A DNA stretch of 64,000 nt from an uncultured Bacteroidota bacterium (lineage in GTDB: Bacteria > Bacteroidota > Bacteroidia > Chitinophagales > Chitinophagaceae), in NCBI GenBank assembly GCA_903837525.1, contig CAILUU010000033.1, forward strand, positions 23,310-87,309, in the 5' to 3' direction. The translations under genes were made by a program, and so were the position numbers. The notes below the pieces were generated by a model. It had not been told where the DNA came from and made no database searches. It saw nothing but the letters and a program-made list of their open reading frames with translations. Numbering within the stretch: position 1 is the stretch's first letter; the number at the start of each line of letters is the position of its first letter. Below are positions 28,716-39,328 of the stretch, piece by piece.

Positions 28716-29981
28716 TTAAATATCCCTTTCTTTTTTAAATATAAGCCTCAAACTTTGATCGTAGGTAAAATAATTATACAGCCAGTTAGCAAATACAAAT
28801 AGTCTATTTTTTACCCCCAGTATTAACATTAAGTGTAAAAACATCCAAATAGCCCAGGCAATAAAGCCACCTAAACTAATTTTTGATTTGGGCAAATCTA
28901 CTACGGCTAAATTACGCCCAACTGTTGCCATACTTCCTTTATCATGGTAAACAAATTCTAAAAAATTTGCTGCACCACTTTTCATTTCCTCTCTATATAA
29001 ATTTTTAGCAAGCATATCTGCCATTTGTGTTGCTACAGGTGCTACTTGTGGGTGGCCATTAGCATAACCAAGGGTTTGCATATAGGCTACATCACCTATA
29101 GCATAAACACTTGCACTGTCTATTACTTTACACTGCCTATCTACTTTAATTCTATTTCCTCTGGCAATTAAGGTTGCATCAATTCCTTCTGGAATATTTC
29201 CTTTAATACCTGCAGCCCAAATTACTAATTTTGTTTTTATTTCTTCGTTAAAATTGGTAACCAGCTTATCTCCGTTATAGCTTATTACTTTTGTATTTGT
29301 TTTGAGTGTAACCCCTAATTTTTGCAAATACTTCATACTCCTATCACTACTTTTTGGTTGCATCATTTCCAATGTTTTGGCAGTACCTTCAAACAAGTAA
29401 ATATTCATTTTACTAAAATCTAACTCCGGAAAATCTTTATGTAAAACAAATTTTTTCATTTCGGCAATTGCCCCACTCAACTCAACTCCAGTTGCACCTC
29501 CACCAACTATGCACACATTTAAGTAGCCCTCAATACTTTCACTACCTTGTAACTCTGTAGCTTTCTCAAAATTTTGTAAAATTTTATAGCGTAAGTTCAA
29601 TGCCTCAATAGTGCTTTTCATAGGTAACGCATGAGCAGCAATTTGAGTATTATTAAAAAAGTTGGTATCAGCACCAGTTGCAATAACTAATTTATCAAAG
29701 TATACATCTCCAAAATCGGTTACTAATTTATTTTCTGCAGCTAAAATTTGTTTCACTTCTCCTAACCTAATTTTTATATTTTTACTTTTGTGAAAAATTT
29801 TACGTAAAGGGAAACTAATATTACTAGCATCAAGTCCTGCTGTAGCTACTTGATAAAATAAAGGCTGAAATTGATGGTGATTAACTTTATCGATAAGGGT
29901 AATATCAAAGCCTGCTTTGTTTCGTAATTTACGAGCAAGTTGTAGTCCTCCAAAACCTGCACCGATAATAACTAATTTCAT
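28716..29981 (-). CDS. ndh: type II NADH:quinone oxidoreductase (NDH-2)
   Basis: MKLVIIGAGFGGL and a second dinucleotide fold VGGGATGVE. ATG 29981 is preferred over the track start. Confidence 0.85.
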   Translation of the reverse strand: MKLVIIGAGFGGLQLARKLRNKAGFDITLIDKVNHHQFQPLFYQVATAGLDASNISFPLRKIFHKSKNIKIRLGEVKQILAAENKLVTDFGDVYFDKLVIATGADTNFFNNTQIAAHALPMKSTIEALNLRYKILQNFEKATELQGSESIEGYLNVCIVGGGATGVELSGAIAEMKKFVLHKDFPELDFSKMNIYLFEGTAKTLEMMQPKSSDRSMKYLQKLGVTLKTNTKVISYNGDKLVTNFNEEIKTKLVIWAAGIKGNIPEGIDATLIARGNRIKVDRQCKVIDSASVYAIGDVAYMQTLGYANGHPQVAPVATQMADMLAKNLYREEMKSGAANFLEFVYHDKGSMATVGRNLAVVDLPKSKISLGGFIAWAIWMFLHLMLILGVKNRLFVFANWLYNYFTYDQSLRLIFKKERDI

Positions 29982-30142
29982 TGCTGTGTTTTTAACATAA
30001 CAAAGATATGGTATTTTCAATACTTATTGAAAATATAAAATTTTACTCCAAGTTGAAGTAGAAAGCGTTACTCAAATAGTACCTAAAAAAGGATATACAA
30101 CCTTGCTGGGCCTGTCTTTATCTCATAAACACAAGCCCCTAT

Positions 30143-31381
30143 TTAGTACAACATCCTTACCTTAATAGTATGCTTAACATTTCTTAATAAATCCAGTGCG
30201 TTTTTACTTATGCTTTTATCAACATCAAGCACCACATAACCAATACTATCATTCGTTTTAAGGTACTGTGCCAAAATATTTATTTTATTTTTACTTAAGG
30301 TTGTATTTATTTCGGACAGCACACCAGGCACGTTATCATGTGTATGCAAAATACGGTGTGTACCCTCTTGTGGTGGTAATGCCAAAGCAGGAACAGTGTG
30401 GCTGCCTGTAGTAATCCCTTTTTCTAAATAACTAAATAATTTATTACTAACATCATCCCCAATATTTTGTTGAGCCTCCTGAGTACTACCACCAATATGT
30501 GGTGTTAGCAAAACATTAGACAACCCTTGTAAAGGTGTAACAAATTTATCGCTATTTTTTTCTGGCTCAACCGGAAAAACATCTATCGCAGCTCCTCCAA
30601 TTTTATTTTTGAGTATTGCTTTACGTAAAGCTTCTAAATCTACTACCTCGCCTCTAGCATAATTAATTAAAATAGCCCCTTGCTTAAAATATTTAAGGTT
30701 GTTTTTATTTATTAAATTCTTTGTGCTAGCTAGCTCTGGCACATGTAACGATACTATGTCTGCTTTGCTAACCACTTCTCTTAAACTTTTTTTATCTGTA
30801 GCATTACCAAGCGGTAATTTTATTTCAGCATCGTAAAAAATAACGTTCATTCCTAAACCCTCTGCCAACACACTAAGCTGGCTTCCGATATTTCCATAAC
30901 CAATTATCCCCAATGTTTTTCCACGTAATTCGTAACTGCCACTTGCCTCTTTTAACCACTTACCTTCATGTGCCGCTTTATTTTTATCTACAATTTTACG
31001 TATGAGCATAATAGATGCTCCAATTACTAACTCTGCCACACTTCTTGTATTGCTGTAAGGTGCATTAAAAACCACCACTCCTTTTTTTGTGGCTATTTTT
31101 AAATCAACTTGGTTTACCCCAATACAAAAACAACCAATTGCTTGTAACTTTGTAGCTGCTTCCAATACTTTTTTTGTAATTAATGTTTTACTACGTATTC
31201 CCAATAAATGCACATCTTTTATTGCTTCAATTAATTCAATTTCGCTTAATGCCCCATTTATTTTTTTTACATTTGAATACCCACTAACGTTAAAATGTTT
31301 TACTGCTACATCACTGATATTCTCTAGAAACAATATGTTTATCTTTTCTTTAGGATAACTGGTAAGTTTTTTTTCTGCCAT
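30143..31381 (-). CDS. serA: D-3-phosphoglycerate dehydrogenase with a C-terminal ACT domain
   Basis: GIIGYGNIGSQ NAD fold, catalytic ..ARG..VD ... TPH.GGST, and an ACT-like tail. Confidence 0.88.
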   Translation of the reverse strand: MAEKKLTSYPKEKINILFLENISDVAVKHFNVSGYSNVKKINGALSEIELIEAIKDVHLLGIRSKTLITKKVLEAATKLQAIGCFCIGVNQVDLKIATKKGVVVFNAPYSNTRSVAELVIGASIMLIRKIVDKNKAAHEGKWLKEASGSYELRGKTLGIIGYGNIGSQLSVLAEGLGMNVIFYDAEIKLPLGNATDKKSLREVVSKADIVSLHVPELASTKNLINKNNLKYFKQGAILINYARGEVVDLEALRKAILKNKIGGAAIDVFPVEPEKNSDKFVTPLQGLSNVLLTPHIGGSTQEAQQNIGDDVSNKLFSYLEKGITTGSHTVPALALPPQEGTHRILHTHDNVPGVLSEINTTLSKNKINILAQYLKTNDSIGYVVLDVDKSISKNALDLLRNVKHTIKVRMLY

Positions 31382-31432
31382 AATATTTACACCGTATTTT
31401 GCACAAATATATTAAATCTACTTTTCTTTTTT

Positions 31433-32788
31433 ATGGCACTAGCCTCAACACTTCGAAGCATCATTGTTGTGTCACTCACTTTTACTGCACACCTATGTTC
31501 AACAAATGCATTGCTTAGTTGTAATTCATCTACCCAAAAAGAAAAAACAGAAGCTGTTACCACACAAAAAATACGTTTAATAAATTTACCTGCCCCTACG
31601 CCTTTGCTTAAAACAGAAACCGATAGAATAAAATTAGCCTGCCAACAATGGTATGATACCGCTTTAGCACCTAAAGATTTTTATGGTGGAATTATTGTGG
31701 CAAAAAATGGGAATATAATTTTTGAAAAATACAATGGAACAGCACATTTTGGGGGTACCGATTTTATTACAGATAGTACCTCGATGCATATAGCTTCGGT
31801 TTCAAAAACATTTACGGCTATGGCTGTATTAAAACTTTGGCAAGATGCTAAACTTAATATAGATGATGAGTTTAGTAACTATTTTCCGCAATTTAATTAC
31901 CCAGGAGTTACTGTTCGATCCTTATTAAACCATAGAAGTGGCTTACCAAATTACACCCACTATTTAACTCATATTGGTTGGGATATTACTAAACCTGTAA
32001 CTAATATTGACGTATTAAATACCTTAATAACCCATAAAGCTTCTTTGATAAATATTGCACCGCCCAACACAAAATTTAGTTACTGCAATACCAACTATGC
32101 GCTACTTGCTTTATTAATTGAAAAAGTAGCAGGCGTACCCTACAGTAACTATTTAAATACTACTTTTTTTGCTCCATTACAAATGAAAAATACATTTGTA
32201 TATAATTTAGCGGATAGCTTAAAAGTAACGCCCAGCTTCGATTGGAAAGGCAGGTTAATACCTTTTAATTTTTTAGATGCAGTTTATGGTGATAAAAATA
32301 TTTATACTACACCAAAAGATTTATTGCTTTGGGATAGATTATTAAACAGCAATGAAATTTTTATACCGCAAATTTTAAACGAAGCATATAAACCCTATAG
32401 CAATGAAAACCCTGGTATAAAAAATTACGGCTTAGGTTGGCGAATGAATATTTATGATACTAATAAAAAAATAATTTTTCATAATGGTTGGTGGCATGGT
32501 AGTAATGCAGTTTTTATACGGCTGTTAGATGAAAAAGCCACCATTATTGTAATTGGCAATAAGTTTACAAAAGCCATTTATCATGCCAGAGTATTAGCAA
32601 ATATTTTTGGAAACTATTATTCTGTTGAGGAAGAAGAAGAAACTGAAAATACAAAAGCGGGGGATAGTTTAGCAAACACAAAAAGCTCAACCCCAATTTT
32701 TAAAAAGCCAGCCCCTTCATCAAAAGATGCTTTACTGATGGAAAAGCTAAGAGATAAAAACGGTGCTAAATACGAAAAAAAATACTAA
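31433..32788 (+). CDS. serine hydrolase of the beta-lactamase / penicillin-binding (class C-like) family
   Basis: SxxK motif (ASVSKTF), a YSN-type motif (YCNTNY) and a charged low-complexity C-terminal tail. Confidence 0.8.
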   Translation: MALASTLRSIIVVSLTFTAHLCSTNALLSCNSSTQKEKTEAVTTQKIRLINLPAPTPLLKTETDRIKLACQQWYDTALAPKDFYGGIIVAKNGNIIFEKYNGTAHFGGTDFITDSTSMHIASVSKTFTAMAVLKLWQDAKLNIDDEFSNYFPQFNYPGVTVRSLLNHRSGLPNYTHYLTHIGWDITKPVTNIDVLNTLITHKASLINIAPPNTKFSYCNTNYALLALLIEKVAGVPYSNYLNTTFFAPLQMKNTFVYNLADSLKVTPSFDWKGRLIPFNFLDAVYGDKNIYTTPKDLLLWDRLLNSNEIFIPQILNEAYKPYSNENPGIKNYGLGWRMNIYDTNKKIIFHNGWWHGSNAVFIRLLDEKATIIVIGNKFTKAIYHARVLANIFGNYYSVEEEEETENTKAGDSLANTKSSTPIFKKPAPSSKDALLMEKLRDKNGAKYEKKY

Positions 32789-32892
32789 CCGATTTCCACA
32801 TTTTTAATATTAATTTGTGGATTAATAAATAGTATACTTTTGTGATATATAAGTATTAAAGTACTAACTTTACCTCACCTAAAATTGCTATT

Positions 32893-35800
32893 ATGACAAA
32901 ATTTCTATCTAGAATAGCCTTTCTGCTGTTCGTACTATTTCCACTTTCCTCCATGGCACAAAAAACTGGTGTGGTACTTTCCGGAGAGGATAATAAACCC
33001 CTTAGTGATGTTACTGTCACTATAAAAGGCACTAAAACTGCAACCATAACAAATCAGTCTGGCTACTATTCTATAAAGGCTGTAAGCGGACAAACGTTAG
33101 TATTTTCTTACATTGATTATACCAAAAAAGAAGTTGTTGTAGGTGAGTCTTCCACTATCAATGTTACCATTTTTCAAACCCAAAAGCAACTAGGCGAAGT
33201 AATCGTTACTACTGCATTTGGCATAAAAAAGAGTAACCGTACTTTGGGGCATGCTGAGCAAACTATTTCTGGAGAAGCTATTGCCGAAACTCAACGAGAG
33301 AATTGGCTAAATGCACTTACCGGTAAAGTAGCTGGTGCTACTATTAATGCTACAAGTGGTGCCCCTGGAGCATCTTCGCAAGTGGTACTTCGTGGTTTTA
33401 ACTCAATTGGTGGAGATAATAGTGCACTTATTATATTAGATGGTGTTCCCTTAAATAATAGTGTAATGAATCAGGGAAGGCTAGCATCTGATGGTACCAA
33501 TAGAAGCAATGATTTTACAAATAGAGCAGCAGATATTAACCCAGATGATATTGAAAGTATTACGGTGTTAAAAGGCCCTGAGGGTGCTGCTTTATACGGA
33601 GTTGAGGCTGGAAACGGTGCAATTGTAATAACAACAAAAAAAGCAAAAGCGCAAAAACTTAAAGTATCGTACGATAATAATTTTAGATGGGAACAAATAA
33701 CTCGTTTTCATGATGTACAAAAAGTGTACGATAATGGATCAAATGGACTTTTTACAAATACAACACGTAATTTTTTTGGACCAAAATATGCCGATGGAAC
33801 AAAATTTTATAACAATGTAAAAAACTTTTTTAATGTAGGCAGAACAGCAAAACATAATTTAACCCTTGAAGGTGGCTCTGGAAATACCGGTTATCGGGGT
33901 AATTTTTCTTATTTTGATCAAGAAGGAGTAATACCTAATACAGGCAACCAAAGAATAAACGCTCGTTTTACCGTTAACACAAAACTCTCTAACAAATTTG
34001 ATGTTTCTGCAACTGCTGGCTATTACAATCAATATAACAGAAAAGCTTTTAGAGGTGTAGGTGGGTATTATTTAAATTTATTAACATGGCCACTTGATGA
34101 TGATGCAAGAAAATGGCAAAACATTGCTGGCAACAGAAGAATTATATCAAAATCGTCTGGTGTTGATAACCCAGCAGAAGCTAATAACCCCTACTTTGAA
34201 GTAACTAGAAATAAAAATTTTGACATAACTAATCGCTTTACGTTTAATACTAATTTAACGCACTATGCAAAAGATTGGTTACAATTTGATTTACGTTTAG
34301 CCGCTGATGCTTATAAACAAAATGGTGCTTATTTGTATGATAGAGAGTCGTTCAATTTTTATACCGTTGGGGGCAGAATTGAGGAATACAACATGGATTA
34401 TAAGGCCTTTAATTCAAATTTTTTAGTTACTGCTAAAAAAACATTTGGCAATTTTAATGTTAAATTATTACTTGGCCAATCTTTTGATGATAGAACCACT
34501 AATACTTGGTCTGTTTTAGCAGATAGTGTATATGATGCTGCTAGAAACTTAGATCCAAAAAACGTGCAAGTAGAGGGTAACACTTCAACCTTAAAAAGAT
34601 TAAACAGCCGTACACAAGGTAGAGACACCTTAACCCTACAAAGAAACATTGGTATTTTTGCTGATTTAAACATTGCATATAAAAATTTCTTATACCTAAA
34701 TGCTACAGGAAGAAATGACTGGTTAGCAGAATTCCCTAAGGATAAACGTTCTTATTTTTATCCATCTGTAAACACAAGTTTTGTGTTCTCAGAATTATTG
34801 CCTAAAAACAATATTCTAACATTGGGTAGATTAAGAGCTTCCTATGCAAAAACAGGTAAAAGAGCAGCTCCCTACTCTAATCAATCTGTATACACCAACT
34901 CAGTTTCAAGCACCAATGGATATGGAAATGCCTATGGCTTTGGGGCAAATAATCCCAATTTATTTCCTGAACAGCAAAGTACTGTTGAATTTGGTACAGA
35001 ATTAAAGTTTTTAAAAAATAGAGTCACCTTAGATGTGGCAGTATATCAAATAGATATTAAAAATTCAATTGCTGCAAATGCAAGACCAAGCTATGCTACA
35101 GGCTTTATATTGTACACATCAAATATTGCTGATTTAACTAATAAAGGTTTAGAAGCTACGTTAGCGATTAATTGGGTTAAAAATAAAAAAATTGGTTGGA
35201 GCACTAATGTAAATTTCAATAAAATGCGAAATAAAGTAACTAGGTTACCCTTACCAGAGTTTTATAACTCCGACTCTTGGTTGGCAGGTTACCGAGCTAG
35301 TTTATACAGAGGTTTACCTACTACCACTATTGGAGGTCTTAATTATTTAAGAAATAAAAACGGTGCAATTTTAATTGACCCATTAAACGGATACCCTTTG
35401 GCCGATATTAATTATGTAAATATTGGCGATAGAAATCCTGATTTTACCATGGGCTTTGTAAATAATTTTAATTATAAAAACATCAAATTATCTTTTACAC
35501 TAGATTGGAAAAAAGGTGGTGATGTATTAAATGGAACAGAACAACAATTAGTAACAAGAGGTTTAAGCAAAAGAACGTTAGATAGAGAAGTGAGTAGGAT
35601 AATTCCAGGCGTATTAAATGATGGTTTGCAAAATTCTGCAACACCAACTCAAAACACCATAGCCATTAATCCATTTTATCAAAATGATTATTATACGGAT
35701 AGAACTTATGCAGTTGATTTTGTGGAGCATGATGTTAATTGGTTAAGATTAAGAGATGTAACCTTGAGTTATTCCTTTGGAAAAAAAGTACTTGATAGGT

Positions 35801-36006
35801 TACGTATATTTTCTTCTGCTAGCGTATTTGTAACCGGTACCGATCTATTTATTTTTACCAATTATTCTGGAGTTGATCCAGCATCTAACGGTAATACACC
35901 TGCTACTGGTGGTGTTGGAGGCTTTGCTATAGACTTGGGTACTACTGCCACACCAATAGGTGTTAATACAGGCATACGAGTATCATTTAAAAATGGTAAA
36001 AAATAA
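32893..36006 (+). CDS. SusC/RagA-family TonB-dependent outer-membrane transporter
   Basis: Signal peptide, carboxypeptidase-regulatory-like domain, TonB-box/plug (VIVTTAFGIKK ... ITVLKG..GAALYG) and a 22-strand-size barrel. There is no N-terminal STN signalling domain. Confidence 0.9.
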   Translation: MTKFLSRIAFLLFVLFPLSSMAQKTGVVLSGEDNKPLSDVTVTIKGTKTATITNQSGYYSIKAVSGQTLVFSYIDYTKKEVVVGESSTINVTIFQTQKQLGEVIVTTAFGIKKSNRTLGHAEQTISGEAIAETQRENWLNALTGKVAGATINATSGAPGASSQVVLRGFNSIGGDNSALIILDGVPLNNSVMNQGRLASDGTNRSNDFTNRAADINPDDIESITVLKGPEGAALYGVEAGNGAIVITTKKAKAQKLKVSYDNNFRWEQITRFHDVQKVYDNGSNGLFTNTTRNFFGPKYADGTKFYNNVKNFFNVGRTAKHNLTLEGGSGNTGYRGNFSYFDQEGVIPNTGNQRINARFTVNTKLSNKFDVSATAGYYNQYNRKAFRGVGGYYLNLLTWPLDDDARKWQNIAGNRRIISKSSGVDNPAEANNPYFEVTRNKNFDITNRFTFNTNLTHYAKDWLQFDLRLAADAYKQNGAYLYDRESFNFYTVGGRIEEYNMDYKAFNSNFLVTAKKTFGNFNVKLLLGQSFDDRTTNTWSVLADSVYDAARNLDPKNVQVEGNTSTLKRLNSRTQGRDTLTLQRNIGIFADLNIAYKNFLYLNATGRNDWLAEFPKDKRSYFYPSVNTSFVFSELLPKNNILTLGRLRASYAKTGKRAAPYSNQSVYTNSVSSTNGYGNAYGFGANNPNLFPEQQSTVEFGTELKFLKNRVTLDVAVYQIDIKNSIAANARPSYATGFILYTSNIADLTNKGLEATLAINWVKNKKIGWSTNVNFNKMRNKVTRLPLPEFYNSDSWLAGYRASLYRGLPTTTIGGLNYLRNKNGAILIDPLNGYPLADINYVNIGDRNPDFTMGFVNNFNYKNIKLSFTLDWKKGGDVLNGTEQQLVTRGLSKRTLDREVSRIIPGVLNDGLQNSATPTQNTIAINPFYQNDYYTDRTYAVDFVEHDVNWLRLRDVTLSYSFGKKVLDRLRIFSSASVFVTGTDLFIFTNYSGVDPASNGNTPATGGVGGFAIDLGTTATPIGVNTGIRVSFKNGKK

Positions 36007-36028
36007 ATAACCTACTTAACTATAAATT

Positions 36029-37681
36029 ATGAAAAGAATACTAATTTTTTTAATAGCTGTTGTAGCATTATCTACTTCATGCAAAAAATATTTGGATGAT
36101 GCCTACAAAAATCCAAATTTACCAACCTACTCTCCGCCTGAGCAAGTTTTACAATCTTGCATTTCTGGTATGCATAGAGGAATAGCCTTTGATTCAAGAA
36201 ACATTGGGTTTTACACACAAAATTTTGCACAAATTACAGGTATAAACCAGTGGGAAAGACATGGCTATCTTTTATCTGCAGGCTCTGCAAATAATGGAAG
36301 TGATATTTACCGAATGCATTATTGGAATATGGGTTATAATCTTATCGACATGATTGACTCTAGTAGAATTACAGGCAAATTTGATTATATAGCTGCTGCC
36401 TATTCATTAAACGCTTGGAGCTGGGTAACTGCTGCAGATGTTTATGCTGAAATGCCCGTAAAACAAGCCTTTGAAAGAGGTAGATTATCATTTGATTATG
36501 ATAATCAAAACGTGGCTTATCAATTGGCATTAAGCTACTGCGATTCTGCATTAGCCAATTGGGCAAACGCTGCTGCAATGACAAAGCCATCCACTTTATC
36601 TCAGGGCGATTTGTGGTTTTTTCAGGGTAATCAAAGTAGGTGGATAAAATTTGTTAATGGTATTAAGGCAAGAATATATCATAGGTACTCTAAAAAAAGT
36701 TCCTATTTAACTAAAGAAGTAGATAGCGTAATAAAATACACCAATTTAGCCATGTCATCTACAGCGGACGATGCTATGATTCAATTTAATATGGCTTTTC
36801 CGGATGTAACAGCTCGTAACTTTTTTGGACCAAGTAGAAATAATGTTGGTGGATTTAGAATTGGAGCTTTTCCTGTTAATATTATGATAGGATCTGCCGC
36901 AACCCCTGGTGGTGTTTTTGGTAATGTTGTTAATGATCCAAGGGTTAGATATATGATGAGACCCTCACCCAATGGAACCTACAATGGTATTATTGCTGGT
37001 CAATTTACAGATAATACAAGTACACCAGCCGCAAGCGATAGAAGAGTACCTAGTTTTTGGGGTACACTAGCACAAACTACTGCTCCTGCTCTTGGAGTTG
37101 ATACAGGTGCTAGAACATTCTTTAGAAACGATAGTAAGTTTCCTATTATGACGTACAGCGAAATGCAGTTTTTAAGTGCAGAAGCTTACTTCCGTAAAGG
37201 AGATTTGGCTAATGCAAGAACTGCCTATATTAATGGAATAAATGGGCATTTCGATATGCTTAATACACACTTTTATGGCTATTTAAATGCAGTAGGAACT
37301 AACTCTCCTACCGTTATGACGAATGTACCTATATCAGCTAGTGACCGTGCTGCATATTTGGCCGACCCTACTTTTGTTCCGCTCTCATCTGGGCTCACCT
37401 TAAAACATATTATGTGTCAAAAATATTTGGCATTATGGGGCTGGGGTTTTGTAGAAAATTGGGTAGATATGAGGCGATATGATTATGATGAAATAAATAT
37501 TTACCCAACGTACAAACGTTTAGATATCATCAGTTTATTCCCAGATAACGGAGGAAAACTTGCTCAACGAATTAGACCAAGATACGACTCTGAATATTTA
37601 TGGAATGGAGACGCATTAAGAATTGTAGGTGGCTTTGACCAAGATTATCATACCAAAAAAGTTTGGTTTTCTTTACCATAA
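36029..37681 (+). CDS. SusD/RagB-family nutrient-binding lipoprotein
   Basis: Lipobox LSTSC; 550 aa; immediately downstream of SusC; TPR-like helical content; C-terminal W.G......R. Confidence 0.8.
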   Translation: MKRILIFLIAVVALSTSCKKYLDDAYKNPNLPTYSPPEQVLQSCISGMHRGIAFDSRNIGFYTQNFAQITGINQWERHGYLLSAGSANNGSDIYRMHYWNMGYNLIDMIDSSRITGKFDYIAAAYSLNAWSWVTAADVYAEMPVKQAFERGRLSFDYDNQNVAYQLALSYCDSALANWANAAAMTKPSTLSQGDLWFFQGNQSRWIKFVNGIKARIYHRYSKKSSYLTKEVDSVIKYTNLAMSSTADDAMIQFNMAFPDVTARNFFGPSRNNVGGFRIGAFPVNIMIGSAATPGGVFGNVVNDPRVRYMMRPSPNGTYNGIIAGQFTDNTSTPAASDRRVPSFWGTLAQTTAPALGVDTGARTFFRNDSKFPIMTYSEMQFLSAEAYFRKGDLANARTAYINGINGHFDMLNTHFYGYLNAVGTNSPTVMTNVPISASDRAAYLADPTFVPLSSGLTLKHIMCQKYLALWGWGFVENWVDMRRYDYDEINIYPTYKRLDIISLFPDNGGKLAQRIRPRYDSEYLWNGDALRIVGGFDQDYHTKKVWFSLP

Positions 37682-37698
37682 AAATTAAAAAAAATAAT

Positions 37699-38511
37699 AT
37701 GAAACTATTTAATATCATAACTTTTATCTGTAGCATTACAATACTAGGTATAATGGGCTGCGATAAAAAAGATATCAATTTAATTGATGCAAACAACAAA
37801 TGGATATATTTAGATTCTTCTAAATCTACCAATATTAAGATTGTGCAAGTATTTGCAGGAAATACCCCACAAGTACCAACGGCACCAAATTTAACTACTG
37901 GCCCACAAGTATTTATTTATGCTAATGGTGCAAAACTAAATGGCACTTCGCTTAGTTACGGAGGGCTTTTTCCTACTACAAATGTTTATGCAAACATTCC
38001 TAGTGGCGCTACAAAATTTGATATAATTAATGGTAGAATGGATTTAACCGTAGTACCTAACGTGCCAAAATTTATTGCTGGGGATACCCTTGCAACGTTG
38101 ACGGCAACATTAGATAAAGGAAAGTTTTACACTTTATATATTGGCGATACCGTACCCACATTAAGAGTAACGTTAAAAGAGGATATACTACCAACACCCG
38201 ATTATCAAAAGTATAAAATAAGAGTAGCCAATTTTGTTATGAACCCATTGGATACGCTTTCTCTTTTTAGCACTAGAGAAAATGCAGAAGTAATCTCTAA
38301 TATTACACATAAAGAAGTAAGTGATTGGGTTCAACTATCTCTACCCATTATTAATGATACGTTGTATTTTAGAAAAAAGAATGTACCAGGAAACTATAGC
38401 TCAGCAGTATCTTTTTCCCCAACAGGACAAAGAATGTACACCTTTTTAGGAAGAGGTAAAACGGGAGTTACTTCAAAAGGAACCGCTGCTGTACTAATTA
38501 CTAACCGCTAA
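37699..38511 (+). CDS. lipoprotein, DUF4397-like
   Basis: ATG 37699 yields the lipobox ILGIMGC. Beta-rich sequence, third gene of the SusC/D cluster. The family call is tentative. Confidence 0.5.
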   Translation: MKLFNIITFICSITILGIMGCDKKDINLIDANNKWIYLDSSKSTNIKIVQVFAGNTPQVPTAPNLTTGPQVFIYANGAKLNGTSLSYGGLFPTTNVYANIPSGATKFDIINGRMDLTVVPNVPKFIAGDTLATLTATLDKGKFYTLYIGDTVPTLRVTLKEDILPTPDYQKYKIRVANFVMNPLDTLSLFSTRENAEVISNITHKEVSDWVQLSLPIINDTLYFRKKNVPGNYSSAVSFSPTGQRMYTFLGRGKTGVTSKGTAAVLITNR

Positions 38512-38525
38512 AACAAAAAATTAAC

Positions 38526-39251
38526 ATGATTAATAAAAAACATTTATCTCCTATATTTCTAGTACTCAGTTTAACTTTTTTAGGTTTAGGATGTGTAAAA
38601 AAAGACGCTGAAAGTAAAATTGCACAAGTACTATTAGTGCCCTTAAGCCCAAATGCTACTACAGTTGATTTTTCCATTAATGGAACGCTTTATGCAACTA
38701 CCGTAGGTTACTCAACCACTACGGGTACTGTACGGTATACACTACCCTACTATACTATTGAACCAAAATCTCCTTCAACTATTGCCTATAATGCAACAGG
38801 TACTAATAACGCTTTTGCATCTGTAAGTAAAGATTTACTGGAAGATCAGGTTTATTCTACTTTTTTAATTGATTCGGTTGGTAAAGCAAAAGCAGTTATT
38901 GTTACTGATGATTTAACTGAGCCCACACCAGGTAAAATTAAGATTAGATTTTTTCATTTTTCACCTAATACCGTTCCGTTAGATGTTGTTATTATGGGAA
39001 CAACAACTAAACTATTTACGGGACGTAGTTTTAACGATCAAACGGTTAATACTTCCTTTCAAAATTTTATAGAACTAGACCCCGGTACCTATACATTCTT
39101 ATTTAATAATGCAACTACTGGTGCTACTGTTTATACAACAAGTGCTCAGGTTTTATTAACCGATAGAATTTACACCTTAGCCGTTAGAGGCTTTACAGGT
39201 GGTGCAGGTGCTCAAGCTATTGGCGCATGGGTTTATCCTAACTTGCCGTAA
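38526..39251 (+). CDS. DUF4397 domain lipoprotein
   Basis: Lipobox LGLGC. KIRFFHFSPNTVPLDVVI ... G.YT ... Y.T....L....IYTL...G resembles DUF4397 repeats. Confidence 0.6.
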   Translation: MINKKHLSPIFLVLSLTFLGLGCVKKDAESKIAQVLLVPLSPNATTVDFSINGTLYATTVGYSTTTGTVRYTLPYYTIEPKSPSTIAYNATGTNNAFASVSKDLLEDQVYSTFLIDSVGKAKAVIVTDDLTEPTPGKIKIRFFHFSPNTVPLDVVIMGTTTKLFTGRSFNDQTVNTSFQNFIELDPGTYTFLFNNATTGATVYTTSAQVLLTDRIYTLAVRGFTGGAGAQAIGAWVYPNLP

Positions 39252-39280
39252 TAGTCTTATTGATAAAAAATATCAATACT

Positions 39281-39310
39281 AAAAATGCCACATAAAAATG
39301 TGGCATTTTT
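39281..39310. terminator. bidirectional rho-independent terminator between convergent genes
   Basis: aaaa-atgccacat-aaaa-atgtggcat-tttt: a perfect 9-bp stem with symmetric A and T runs. Confidence 0.85.
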
Positions 39311-39328
39311 AGTTACGTTAACTAGCTG

